Below are positions 53,127-62,327 of a stretch of DNA of 64,000 bases, piece after piece. The stretch lies in assembly GCA_035294245.1 (NCBI GenBank), contig DATGLG010000012.1, positions 123,270 to 187,269 on the forward strand, written 5' to 3'. The notes beneath the pieces are model-generated. The model was not told the origin of the DNA and made no database searches. It saw only the letters and a program-made list of their open reading frames with translations. Both the position numbers and the translations under genes were made by a program. Source of the DNA: Alphaproteobacteria bacterium. GTDB lineage: Bacteria > Pseudomonadota > Alphaproteobacteria > JACZXZ01. The stretch's first letter is position 1; the number at the start of each line of letters is the position of its first letter.

Positions 53127-53980
53127 CAGCGATTCTCGCGCGCGACGGCGCTTTCATGCCAGCGCCGCAGCACAAGATATTGCACCAACGTCAGCAGCAG
53201 GAATATGGCGACGCCGGCAACCGAGATGAGAAACAGCGCGGCAAACATGCGCGGAATGTTGAGCCGATAGCCGGACTCGAGGATGCGATAGGCAAGGCCC
53301 GATTCCGACCCGGCCGTGCCCGCGACGAACTCGGCGACCACCGCGCCGATGAGCGCTAAGCCGCCGCTGATCCGGAGCCCGGCAAGGAAATAGGGCATGG
53401 CATTGGGCAGGCGCAGCAGCCACAGCATCTGTCGCCGCGAGGCGCCGTAGAGCTGGAAGAGATCGAGAAGATTGTGATCGGCGCTGTTGAGCCCGAGGGT
53501 GGTGTTCGACACCACGGGGAAGAAGGCGACGATCCACGCGCAGATGAGAAGGGCCGCCTCCGTGTCCTTAACCCAGATGATGATGAGCGGCGCGATCGCG
53601 ACGATGGGCGTCACCTGGAGTATCACCGCATAGGGGAACAGGCTCAGCTCGATCAGCCGCGACTGGGCGAAGAAGATTGCAAGGCCCAGCCCGCCGAGTG
53701 CGGCGCAGATGAAGGCGAGGATCGTCGTCTGCATCGTCACCCAGAGAGAGCCCGAAAGCGTTCCCCAATCCTTGATCAGCGTGTCGAGGATGAGGAGCGG
53801 ACCAGGCAGGATGTAGGGGGGGATGCTCTCCAGCCGCACGAACGCCTCCCAAGCGGCGAGAAACAACAAGCCGAGCAGGAGCGGCGCGACGAGCCTCAGC
53901 AGGAACGAAGTCCGGGTGCCCTCCCGCGCCACAGGGATCGCGGCTTCCGCCAGCGAATTTTGCCGAACCGCCATCGTCAC
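53126..53980 (-). CDS. ABC transporter permease (NitT/TauT family)
   Basis: 284 aa with six TM segments. BPD_transp_1-type loop: YGASRRQMLWLLRLPNAMPYFLAGLRI. Confidence 0.9.
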   Translation of the reverse strand: MTMAVRQNSLAEAAIPVAREGTRTSFLLRLVAPLLLGLLFLAAWEAFVRLESIPPYILPGPLLILDTLIKDWGTLSGSLWVTMQTTILAFICAALGGLGLAIFFAQSRLIELSLFPYAVILQVTPIVAIAPLIIIWVKDTEAALLICAWIVAFFPVVSNTTLGLNSADHNLLDLFQLYGASRRQMLWLLRLPNAMPYFLAGLRISGGLALIGAVVAEFVAGTAGSESGLAYRILESGYRLNIPRMFAALFLISVAGVAIFLLLTLVQYLVLRRWHESAVARENR

Positions 53981-53985
53981 TCTCC

Positions 53986-54759
53986 TCAGGCGCCGCCCAC
54001 GCTGCGCGCAAGCGCCGCGCTCACCCTCCGGCAGAACTCCCCGTAGCGCGGCGTGAGGCGAAACGCCTCCTCGCGCGGATAAGGCTCATCGATGCGAATC
54101 TCCTCCGTCACGCGGCCGGGCCGCGCCGAAATCACCACGATGCGCTCGGAAAGATAAACGGATTCGTAGACGCTGTGGGTGACGAAAACGACCGTCAGGC
54201 GCTGCGACGACCACAGAGCGAGCAGGTCGCGGTTGAGCTTAAAGCGCGTCAATTCGTCGAGGGCGGCGAAGGGCTCGTCGAGCAAGAGGATTTCGGGGCG
54301 CGTGACGAGCGCGCGGGCGATGGAGGCGCGCATCTTCATGCCGCCCGAAAGCTCGCGCGGATAGGCGCGCTCGAAGCCTTCGAGCCCTACCAACGCGATG
54401 GCTTCGCCAATCCGCACGGCGGCGGCGCGTCGGGATTCCCCACGGAGCCGCAAGGGCAGATAGACATTGTCGAACACCGTGGCCCAGGGCATGAGCGTCG
54501 GCTCCTGAAAAACGAAGCCGATATTGCGACGAGCGGCGTGGCGGCTCTCGTCGCCCGTCCATTCGATGCGCCCACCTGTGGCGCTGCCAAGCCCGGCGAT
54601 CAGGCGAAGGATCGTGCTTTTCCCGCAGCCCGAAGGCCCGAGCAAAGTGAGAAATTCGCGCGCCTCGACGGCGAGGCTGATATCGCGCACCGCGACAACA
54701 CCGTTCGCATAGGTCTTCGCGACGTTGGTAAGCGTGACGATCGGCGCTTCCGCCGGCAT
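53986..54759 (-). CDS. ABC transporter ATP-binding protein (NitT/TauT family)
   Basis: 257 aa with GPSGCGKST, LSGGMKMR and LLLDEPF. Confidence 0.9.
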   Translation of the reverse strand: MPAEAPIVTLTNVAKTYANGVVAVRDISLAVEAREFLTLLGPSGCGKSTILRLIAGLGSATGGRIEWTGDESRHAARRNIGFVFQEPTLMPWATVFDNVYLPLRLRGESRRAAAVRIGEAIALVGLEGFERAYPRELSGGMKMRASIARALVTRPEILLLDEPFAALDELTRFKLNRDLLALWSSQRLTVVFVTHSVYESVYLSERIVVISARPGRVTEEIRIDEPYPREEAFRLTPRYGEFCRRVSAALARSVGGA

Positions 54760-54868
54760 GCCATACCTCGTTCGAACGACAGGCTTCCGAGAACCGACGC
54801 GCGAATGGGATAGATCGCTGGAAGACCGGCGGCAACTGCATCTGAGCGCAGATCGGGCCCGACGGCGC

Positions 54869-55939
54869 TTATTTCCCGGTCCTCATACCGAGCTTCTTGT
54901 TGACGAATCCGAAGTCGAACCCTTTCCGCCAATCCATGTCCTTCGGATAGATGCCGGCATCCGCCATGATCTTGAAGAAGGCGGCGATGCGCGCCGGATT
55001 GAGCGCGCCGATCCCGTCCTTGCGGGCATCGCCGGAATCGACGATCCCATATTGCTTCATCTTGGCGATGCCGTTCGCGATGAGATCGTCGGTCATCTCC
55101 GGGTTCTCTTTCTTGATGAGCGCATTGGCCGGGCTCGGATCGCCGTAGAGATAGCTGTACCAGCCCTCGATGGTGGCGTCGACGAAGCGCTGCACCAGAT
55201 CCGGGTTCTGCTTGATCAGCCTGGCCGAGGTGGTGACGAGATTGCCGTAGCTCGGCCAGCCGGCATCGGCGATGAGATGCACATCGACCTTGGCGCCGGC
55301 TTTCTCGAGAGTATAGGGCTCGCTCGTGACGTAGCCCTGCTGGATCGCGCTCTTGTCGGCGAGGAAGGGCGCCATCTGGAACGTATAGGGGCGGATCTGG
55401 CTGTCCTTGAGCCCGAACTTCGCCTTGAGGAAAAGCCACCATCCTTCACGGGTGTCGCTGGAGATGAGGATGGGCTTGCCTTTCATGTCGGCGAAGCCCT
55501 TGATGTGCGCCTCCGCATGGGAAATCAGAACCGCCGGGTCCTTCTGGAAGAAGGCCGCCACCGTTACCATCGGGATGTCGTGCGCGACGAAGTTGAGGGC
55601 GACGGAGGTGTTCGACGAGATCGCGAAATCGAGCACACCTGCGGCGAGGAGCTGGGGATGGTTCACCTGCGGGCCGCCCTGGCGAATCTCGACGTCGAGC
55701 CCGTGCTTCGCATAGAGGCCGGTCGCCTTGGCCTGGTAGTAGCCGCCGTATTCGGCCTCGGCTTTCCAGTCGATGCCGAAGCGGATCTTGTCGAGCGCCG
55801 ATGCGGGTCCGCTTGCGGCCATGGCGATGAGAAGCGTCACGGCCACCGTGACCGCGATCCGCGCCGCGGCTCCGCGCACCCGGCTCCTTGATGATTTCAG
55901 CAGCACGCAACCCCCTTTTTGTTTTGCGTGAAGCACCAA
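54869..55939 (-). CDS. Periplasmic substrate-binding protein (NMT1/THI5-like, NitT/TauT family)
   Basis: It has a signal peptide (RIAVTVAVTLLIAMAASGPASA) and KIRFGIDWKAEAEYGGYY. The start is uncertain (the track start is a GTG). Confidence 0.8.
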   Translation of the reverse strand: MVLHAKQKGGCVLLKSSRSRVRGAAARIAVTVAVTLLIAMAASGPASALDKIRFGIDWKAEAEYGGYYQAKATGLYAKHGLDVEIRQGGPQVNHPQLLAAGVLDFAISSNTSVALNFVAHDIPMVTVAAFFQKDPAVLISHAEAHIKGFADMKGKPILISSDTREGWWLFLKAKFGLKDSQIRPYTFQMAPFLADKSAIQQGYVTSEPYTLEKAGAKVDVHLIADAGWPSYGNLVTTSARLIKQNPDLVQRFVDATIEGWYSYLYGDPSPANALIKKENPEMTDDLIANGIAKMKQYGIVDSGDARKDGIGALNPARIAAFFKIMADAGIYPKDMDWRKGFDFGFVNKKLGMRTGK

Positions 55940-55954
55940 ATGCCGCCCATTGCT

Positions 55955-56752
55955 TCAGGCCCTGTCCTTGAGAACATCCAACGGCATCCGGCTTGCTTCC
56001 TCGAGAATGGCGCGAAAGCTCTGCGCCGCCTGCTCGATCAGCTCGCGGCCGCGCGCGGCGCTCGCCTGGGTGGCGTCGCCGCAGGCGCCGGCGGCGTTCA
56101 GGTCCTGGGTCAGCCAGCTGAAGGGCACGCGCCCATGCGCTTGCACATGCGCATAGTCCTTGGCCAGCCTGAGCGAGGCTGGCATGAAATTTCCGATTTT
56201 CTCCACGCGCACGAGATCGGGGCGCAAATGGAGCATCATCGAGGTCTCGATGGCGCCGCCATGGATGCCGTGCTTGATCTCGCTCTCCTCGAACATCCCG
56301 CTCGCGTCGACCAGCCGGTAGGCGTTGACTTGCACCACGAGCATCTTGTGCCGGATGCGCAATTGCCGCCCCACGATATCGAGGAGCTGCGGCTGCCCGC
56401 CATGGCTGTTGAAGAGAACGAGCTTCCGGAGCCCCGCTTTTGCAACCCCGTCGCCCACTTCGCTCCATAGCCGAATGACAGTCTCCGGCGAGAGGGAGAG
56501 CGTGCCGGCGAAGTCGCCGTGCTCGTCGCTGCGCCCGATGGGAAGCGCCGGCAGAACGGTGACGGGAAATGACGGCGGCAAAAGCTCCAGCGTGCGCTTC
56601 AGGATGCCGTCGTTGAGGATCGCGTCGACGGCGAGGGGAAGATGCGGGCCGTGCTGCTCGATCGCCGCGACCGGCAGCACGGCGACGACGCGCGCCGCGT
56701 CCAGCCCGGCGAAATCCTCGGTGGTCATGTCCTGCCAGAAACGTCGCAGCAT
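55955..56752 (-). CDS. Creatininase-family amidohydrolase
   Basis: 265 aa: VAVLPVAAIEQHGPHLPLAVD, LVLFNSHGGQ, GIHGGAIETS. Confidence 0.85.
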   Translation of the reverse strand: MLRRFWQDMTTEDFAGLDAARVVAVLPVAAIEQHGPHLPLAVDAILNDGILKRTLELLPPSFPVTVLPALPIGRSDEHGDFAGTLSLSPETVIRLWSEVGDGVAKAGLRKLVLFNSHGGQPQLLDIVGRQLRIRHKMLVVQVNAYRLVDASGMFEESEIKHGIHGGAIETSMMLHLRPDLVRVEKIGNFMPASLRLAKDYAHVQAHGRVPFSWLTQDLNAAGACGDATQASAARGRELIEQAAQSFRAILEEASRMPLDVLKDRA

Positions 56753-56766
56753 CGGCGTTTCCGTTC

Positions 56767-57141
56767 CTAATCGAAGCGCTCGACCTTGATCGGATCGCCG
56801 TCGCGGACGGCGGCGAGAATGCGAACGTCCTCCACCGCGCGACCCCAGATATTGGTGGGGGCGGCCAGGCGGATCTCGTCGCCGCGGGAGATCGGCGTGC
56901 GGCCGAAGCCGATCGCGATCGAATCGCCCTCGACCCAGAAGGCGAGCTCGCCGGGCTTGACGACGGCGCGGGCGTCCTTCTCGCGGCTGACCGATACCGG
57001 GGTCGAGAAATACACCTCCTCGCCCCAGCGCTGGGCGCGCGAGGCGAACGGCGCCTTGGCATAGATCGCCGCCGCGGTCGGCGTGTCGAGAAGCTCAGCC
57101 GTCACCGCGAACTTGCCGATCGTGAGCTTGAGCTTGCGCAC
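56767..57141 (-). CDS. Cyclophilin-like-fold protein (TM1367-like family)
   Basis: 124 aa: [18 protein letters not shown]...[10 protein letters not shown]...[23 protein letters not shown]...NIWGRA. This matches the pattern of the small cyclophilin-like family as I recall it. Confidence 0.6.
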   Translation of the reverse strand: MRKLKLTIGKFAVTAELLDTPTAAAIYAKAPFASRAQRWGEEVYFSTPVSVSREKDARAVVKPGELAFWVEGDSIAIGFGRTPISRGDEIRLAAPTNIWGRAVEDVRILAAVRDGDPIKVERFD

Positions 57142-57199
57142 CGTCTCCCTCCCTTTCGCTGGCGCGAAGTGTAGCTGTGCGCCAAGCAGGCCTCAACTA

Positions 57200-57224
57200 A
57201 TGGTGTTCGATGGTGTTCGATGGT
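57200..57224. repeat. Tandem 10-bp direct repeat ATGGTGTTCG x2.5
   Basis: aATGGTGTTCGATGGTGTTCGATGGTcaag lies in the divergent spacer. It is 59-83 nt upstream of the cyclophilin-like gene start and 164-188 nt upstream of the response-regulator start. Confidence 0.7.
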
Positions 57225-57387
57225 CAAGCGAAGGCTTTCCCTCGTGTTTTCGCGAGTCCGGGACAATTCCGTGCGGCCGCGGATGGCGCCATTCCGACTT
57301 TAAGATATTTGACCGGGCTCGGGGGAACACGCAAAATCCCAGTTAATATCATGTGCTGTCCGCAGCTTCATCGACGGGGGAAATGCG

Positions 57388-58065
57388 ATGCGGCTTCTCC
57401 TTGCAGAAGACAATCACCAGCTCGCCGACTTCCTCAAGGCCAGCCTTGGCGAGGCGGGCTTCGCCGTGGACATCGCGGAGACGGCCGCGGGCGCGCGGTC
57501 TGCGCTGTCGGGGAGCCATTACGACGTCCTGGTCGTCGACCTCGGCCTCCCCGACGCCGACGGCATCACCATCATCGAATCCCTGCGCGCGCGGGGTGAT
57601 GCGACGCCGGCGATGATCCTGACGGCGCGGGACGGGCTGCGGGACCGCGTCGACGGCCTCAATTCGGGAGCCGATGACTACCTCGCCAAGCCCTTCGCCA
57701 CCGAGGAGCTGGTGGCGCGGCTGCGGGCGCTGCTGCGGCGGCCGGGAAGCGCGCTCGGCCAGGAGCTCTCGGCGAGCAACCTGACGCTCGACACCCGGAC
57801 GGGCGAGGTGCAGGTCGACGGCACCTCGGTCTCGCTCTCCCGCCGCGAGATCGGGCTGCTCGAGCTTCTGCTGCGCCGCGCCGGCCGCGTCGTCCCCAAG
57901 CAGGCGATCGAGTCGAGCCTCTACGGCATGGACGAGGAGGTTGCCTCCAACACCGTGGAGGTCCTGGTCCATCGCCTGCGCAAGCGTCTCGCCCATCTGG
58001 GCGCCAAGGTCAATGTCGTCACCTTGCGCGGTATTGGATACGTGCTCACGGATCAGACGGATTGA
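57388..58065 (+). CDS. OmpR/PhoB-family response regulator
   Basis: 225 aa: MRLLLAEDNHQL, VLVVDLGLPDADG, GADDYLAKPF, and a winged-helix C-terminus (LRGIGYVL). Confidence 0.9.
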   Translation: MRLLLAEDNHQLADFLKASLGEAGFAVDIAETAAGARSALSGSHYDVLVVDLGLPDADGITIIESLRARGDATPAMILTARDGLRDRVDGLNSGADDYLAKPFATEELVARLRALLRRPGSALGQELSASNLTLDTRTGEVQVDGTSVSLSRREIGLLELLLRRAGRVVPKQAIESSLYGMDEEVASNTVEVLVHRLRKRLAHLGAKVNVVTLRGIGYVLTDQTD

Positions 58066-59528
58066 AGGCGCAGCACCCCTCGATCCTTCGCGTCCTCGGC
58101 TGGCGTCTCTCGCTGGTCAGCCTGCTCTTCGCCGCGCTCATCGTCGGCCTGCTCCAGTCGAAGCTCCAGACGGCCGCGCGCGGGCTCTTCCACCAGGCGC
58201 TCGTGGCCGAGGGGCGGAGTGTCTTGACGCGCCTGCGCGTGACGGACGGCAAGCTCAGCTTCCCCGAGCCCGACATCGCCGAGGAGATCGTCAATATCAT
58301 GCATTACCGGGTCTTCGACGGCACCGGGAAGCTGCTCTACGCCTCACCGAACCTGCTCGCCGACGTGCCCGGCCGCACGGAGCTGCCGGCCGCGCTCCTG
58401 ACCGCCGCGAGCGGCTATTCCGGCGACGTGAGGTTCTTCGCCCTCGACCCGCCTTTCTCCAAGGACCGCTTTATCGGGGTCAGCCTCAAGGCGACGGTGG
58501 GTGGCCGGCCCGCCGTCGTGGAAGTGTTCATGGATCTCGACCAGCGCGGCGTGCTGCTCGACGACCTCGTCCAGGAGTTCTTCCTGCATGTCGGCTGGCT
58601 GATCATTCCCTTCGTCGCCCTTCTGCTCCTCGTCAATCTCTTAACCATATGGATGGGGTTGCGGCCTTTGACCGAGGTGTCGCGAATGGCCTCGGAGATC
58701 GGCCCCGAGACCACCGGGCGGCGCCTTCCCGAGAAGGGGCAGCCGCGGGAGATCCTTCCCCTCATCCGCAGCGTCAACCGCGCACTCGAGCGCCTCGACA
58801 AGGGCTTCCAGGTGCAGCGGCAATTCACCGCCGATGCGGCCCATGAGCTGCGCACGCCCCTTGCCGTCCTGAGCGCCCATCTCGAGACCCTCGGCGAGGG
58901 CACGGCCGTGGCGGCACTCCGGCGCGAGGTCGCGGGGATGACCCGCCTCGTCGGGCAGCTCCTGCGCATCGCCCAGCTCGACGCCCTGGCGACGCCGCCG
59001 GCCGAGCAGGTCGACCTCCACGCCATCGCCGTCGACGCCGCCTCGGCGCTGGCGCCGCTTGCCCTCAAGCAGGGCAAGTCGATTGCGGTGAGCGGCGTCG
59101 AGCATCCTCTCTGGGTTCGTGGCGACATCGAGGCTCTCACCCAGGCCATCCGCAATCTCATCGAGAACGCCCTGATCCATACGCCGAGAGGGACGACGGT
59201 CGAGCTCGAGCTCGGCGAGGATCGCACCCTGCGCGTCTCCGACGCCGGGCCCGGCGTGCCGCCGGAAAACCGCGACAAGATCTTTCAACGCTTCTGGCGC
59301 GCCGATCGCCGCGAGGGAGGTGCCGGGCTGGGCCTCGCGATCGTGGCCAAGGTCGCCGAGACCCATGGCGGCAGCGTCCATGTGGAGGAGTCGCATTTCG
59401 GCGGCGCCTCCTTCGTCCTGACCCTGCCGGCGCCCGAAGAGGCGGCGGAATCCACCGCTGCGGAGGGCCATCGCGACACCCCGCGCCGGCCGGGGGCCAA
59501 GAACGGCACGAAGGAGAAGGCGGCCTGA
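58062..59528 (+). CDS. Sensor histidine kinase (2 TM, HAMP, HisKA, HATPase_c)
   Basis: It has the H-box FTADAAHELRTPL, the N-box IRNLIENAL, and the G-boxes DAGPGV and GGAGLGLAI. The TTG start overlaps the regulator stop. Confidence 0.9.
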   Translation: MKAQHPSILRVLGWRLSLVSLLFAALIVGLLQSKLQTAARGLFHQALVAEGRSVLTRLRVTDGKLSFPEPDIAEEIVNIMHYRVFDGTGKLLYASPNLLADVPGRTELPAALLTAASGYSGDVRFFALDPPFSKDRFIGVSLKATVGGRPAVVEVFMDLDQRGVLLDDLVQEFFLHVGWLIIPFVALLLLVNLLTIWMGLRPLTEVSRMASEIGPETTGRRLPEKGQPREILPLIRSVNRALERLDKGFQVQRQFTADAAHELRTPLAVLSAHLETLGEGTAVAALRREVAGMTRLVGQLLRIAQLDALATPPAEQVDLHAIAVDAASALAPLALKQGKSIAVSGVEHPLWVRGDIEALTQAIRNLIENALIHTPRGTTVELELGEDRTLRVSDAGPGVPPENRDKIFQRFWRADRREGGAGLGLAIVAKVAETHGGSVHVEESHFGGASFVLTLPAPEEAAESTAAEGHRDTPRRPGAKNGTKEKAA

Positions 59529-60649
59529 TGACGCCCCGCCCGCCGGCCGAGATCGGCATGCCCCTCGCGGATGTCGAGACGCCGGCCCTTCTCATCGACC
59601 TCGACGCTTTCGAGCGCAATCTGCGCAAGCTCGCCGAGCGGGCCCGCACCATGGGGGTGCGCCTGCGCCCCCATGCCAAGACCCATAAATCGGCGCCGGT
59701 GGCGCGTCGGCAGATGGCCTTGGGCGCGGTGGGGGTGTGTTGCCAGAAGGCGAGCGAGGCCGAGGCCCTGGTCCAGGGCGGGATCGGCGACGTCCTCGTC
59801 AGCAACGAGATCGTCGACCGGCGCAAGCTGGCCCGCCTCGCCGCCCTCGCGCGGGAGGCGAGGATCGGGCTCTGCGTCGATGACGAGGCGAATGTCGGCC
59901 TGCTCAGCGAGGCGGCGCAGAGCTTCGGCATCACCTTCGACGTGCTGGTCGAGATCAATGTCGGTGCCAATCGCTGCGGCGTCGAGCCCGGCGCGCCGGC
60001 CCTCGCCCTTGCCCAAAAGATCGCCCGCTCCCATGGCCTGCGCTTCCGCGGCCTTCAGGCCTATCACGGCTCGGCGCAGCACATCCGCGCCTTCGAGGCG
60101 CGGCGGGAGGCCATTGCCGGCGCCGTCGAGAAGGCGCAGGCCACCGCCGAGCTTCTGGCGCGCCACGGCCTGCCCTGCGAGGATGTGACGGGTGCTGGGA
60201 CCGGAAGCTATGCTTTCGAGGGGCGGAGCGGGGTCTATACCGAGCTCCAGGCCGGCTCCTATGCCTTCATGGATGCGGATTACGCGCGCAATCTCGACGA
60301 AGCCGGCCGGCCCGTGCAGGAGTTCGAGCACAGCCTCTTCGTCTATGCGACGGTGATGAGCAAGCCCGCCGCCGACCGCGCGGTCCTTGATGCCGGCCTC
60401 AAGGCCTTCAGCCTCGATTCCGGACTGCCGCGCCTCGCCGACCGGGCGGATGTCGAATATGTCGGCGCCGCCGACGAGCACGGAAAATTGCGATTATTGG
60501 AAACCAATCGGTCCCTTGCAATCGGCGACAAGCTGCGGCTGATCCCCGGCCATTGCGATCCGACGGTCAATCTGTATGACTGGTATGTCGGCTATCGCGA
60601 CGATCGGGTCGAAGCCCTGTGGCCGATTCATCGCGGCCCGGGCTATTGA
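59528..60649 (+). CDS. DSD1-family PLP enzyme (D-threonine aldolase / D-serine dehydratase-like, alanine-racemase-N fold)
   Basis: It has TPALLIDLDAFERNL, RPHAKTHKS (PLP Lys) and a C-terminal GDKLRLIPGHCDPTVNLYD. The ATG shares 1 nt with the kinase stop (TGATG). Confidence 0.85.
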   Translation: MTPRPPAEIGMPLADVETPALLIDLDAFERNLRKLAERARTMGVRLRPHAKTHKSAPVARRQMALGAVGVCCQKASEAEALVQGGIGDVLVSNEIVDRRKLARLAALAREARIGLCVDDEANVGLLSEAAQSFGITFDVLVEINVGANRCGVEPGAPALALAQKIARSHGLRFRGLQAYHGSAQHIRAFEARREAIAGAVEKAQATAELLARHGLPCEDVTGAGTGSYAFEGRSGVYTELQAGSYAFMDADYARNLDEAGRPVQEFEHSLFVYATVMSKPAADRAVLDAGLKAFSLDSGLPRLADRADVEYVGAADEHGKLRLLETNRSLAIGDKLRLIPGHCDPTVNLYDWYVGYRDDRVEALWPIHRGPGY

Positions 60650-61578
60650 GCGTTGCCGGCTGCGCGCGCAGCACCCGCGCCCGCATCGAAAAGCCGCCGA
60701 AGCTCCTCCCGGACCGCGCGTCCCGCCGCGAGGCCCCAGCAATTGACGATGGCGAGACGGAACCCGCCCGGCGGCATAGCATGGTGCTCGGGAGCGACGT
60801 CGTCCTCGAAGGTGATCTGAATCGAGGAGATCTCCGGATCGTCCAGATAACGCCGGACCGCGCGGCGATCGATGCGCCAGCGCACCTCATGCTCGCCGAA
60901 GAGGACGACGCTGAAGCCTTCCCGCCGCTCTCGCTCGGCGAAGCGCCAGCCCTCCCCGGCATAGAGCCCGACCACCGCGGCGAGCCACCCGGGGCCGTTG
61001 AGGTCGAGCCACTGCTCGGCCATCCGGAGGTGGCATTCGACGATGCGGCCGCCGATCGTCTCGAAATTGACGATGCCGCTGAACCCGGCCAGATGGCGCG
61101 CGACCCAGGCGCCGAGATAGTCCTCGAGCATCGGATCAGGATCGGCATGCACGGTCCAATAGTCGAACGTCCCGCCGGGTCGCGGCTCCCCCGTGGTATG
61201 GCGCCACCAGCGCGGGCGGCCGGCCACGAGGGCGACGTCCGTCGAGACGTGGCGGCCGGTGAAGAGGGGCATCCACAGATGCCCCGGCTGCAGCGCCGCG
61301 AGATAGTCGGCCTCGGTGGCGATGACCCCGCCGCCCGTCCCCATCCCGCGCATGTTGTAGATGGGCTTCGAGAATACGGGGTAGTGCCGGGGCATGGTGC
61401 CGTGGGGCCCGTGGGGAAGCCCCTGGGTCTCGCAGATGAGGAGCTTGTTGTAGACCCAGCGATGGGCGGGATAGAGCTCCCAGGCCGTCGCGTCGTCGAT
61501 GGGAATGACGATCCCGTCCGGAACCGCTTGTCCCTCGAAATACTGCCAACGCCAAGGATCGACGCCGAGAAAGGGCAT
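60643..61578 (-). CDS. Hypothetical protein, possible ATP-grasp-like fold
   Basis: Track ORF 60643..61842 trimmed to the ATG at 61578. It is 311 aa and Trp-rich. YPVFSKPIYNMRGMGTGGGVI resembles an ATP-grasp phosphate-binding loop. I cannot name a family. Confidence 0.55.
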   Translation of the reverse strand: MPFLGVDPWRWQYFEGQAVPDGIVIPIDDATAWELYPAHRWVYNKLLICETQGLPHGPHGTMPRHYPVFSKPIYNMRGMGTGGGVIATEADYLAALQPGHLWMPLFTGRHVSTDVALVAGRPRWWRHTTGEPRPGGTFDYWTVHADPDPMLEDYLGAWVARHLAGFSGIVNFETIGGRIVECHLRMAEQWLDLNGPGWLAAVVGLYAGEGWRFAERERREGFSVVLFGEHEVRWRIDRRAVRRYLDDPEISSIQITFEDDVAPEHHAMPPGGFRLAIVNCWGLAAGRAVREELRRLFDAGAGAARAAGNAQ

Positions 61579-61628
61579 GGGCCATCCTGCCAAATTGCTC
61601 GGGCGACGGAAAGGCGACGCCTGGGGCC

Positions 61629-62282
61629 TCAGCGCCGCAGGATGAACGCGGCGGGCGGGCGGCGCCGCTCCCAACCGTCGCGCTCGAGGCGGGGGACCGA
61701 GTCCTCCCCCTGGGGATAGCCGAGGCAGAGATAGGCGACGAAGATCCAGCCCGCGGGGACGGCCAGGATCTCGGCGATCCGTGCCGGCGCCAGGATGGAG
61801 ACCCAGCCGAGCCCCAGCCCCTCGGCGCGCGCCGCGAGCCACAGGGTGTGGATGGCGGTCACCGCCGAATAGGCGACCGTCTCCGGCATGGTCCGGCGCC
61901 CGAGGCCGTGGCCCTGGGCCGGTTCCGGATCGGCGAAGACGGCGAGATGGACCGGCGCCTCGTCGAGCCCTGCCAGCTTGAGGGTGGCGTAGAGCTTCGC
62001 CCGCTCCCCCTCATAGGAGGCGAGCGCATCGGCGTTGCAGCGGGCGAACTCGTCGCGGATGGCCGCCCGGCGCGCCTCATCCTCGACGATCACGAAGCGC
62101 CACGGCTGGCTCAGCCCGACCGATGGCGCGCGGCAGGCGAGCGCCAGGAGCCGCTCGAGCAGGCCCTCGGGGAGCGGCTCGGTGCGGAAGCGGCGCACAT
62201 CGCGCCGCCATTCGAGAAGTGCCGCGAAGCGGCGGCGGAACTCCTCGTCGAATTGCGGCGCATCCATCGTCGGCCCCACCAT
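61629..62282 (-). CDS. bluB: 5,6-dimethylbenzimidazole synthase BluB (nitroreductase fold)
   Basis: WRRDVRRF, APSVGLSQPWRFVIV, LWLAARAEGLGLGWVSI and YLCLGY match the BluB pattern. An alternative ATG lies at 62267. Confidence 0.75.
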   Translation of the reverse strand: MVGPTMDAPQFDEEFRRRFAALLEWRRDVRRFRTEPLPEGLLERLLALACRAPSVGLSQPWRFVIVEDEARRAAIRDEFARCNADALASYEGERAKLYATLKLAGLDEAPVHLAVFADPEPAQGHGLGRRTMPETVAYSAVTAIHTLWLAARAEGLGLGWVSILAPARIAEILAVPAGWIFVAYLCLGYPQGEDSVPRLERDGWERRRPPAAFILRR

Positions 62283-62296
62283 CCCCCGGAATCGAC

Positions 62297-62327
62297 GGCC
62301 GCGCGACGGAGGGCCCGCCGCGCGGCC
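62297..62327. terminator. GC hairpin in the 66-nt thiC-bluB spacer
   Basis: GGCCGCGCG-N13-CGCGCGGCC has a 9-bp stem. On the minus strand it follows the thiC stop. There is no U-tract. Confidence 0.3.

Noticed and set aside
57142-57387. Possible tRNA or small RNA in the largest spacer (GGTGTTCGATGG resembles a T-arm)
   Set aside because: The resemblance comes from the 10-bp tandem repeat. No acceptor or anticodon stems can be drawn.
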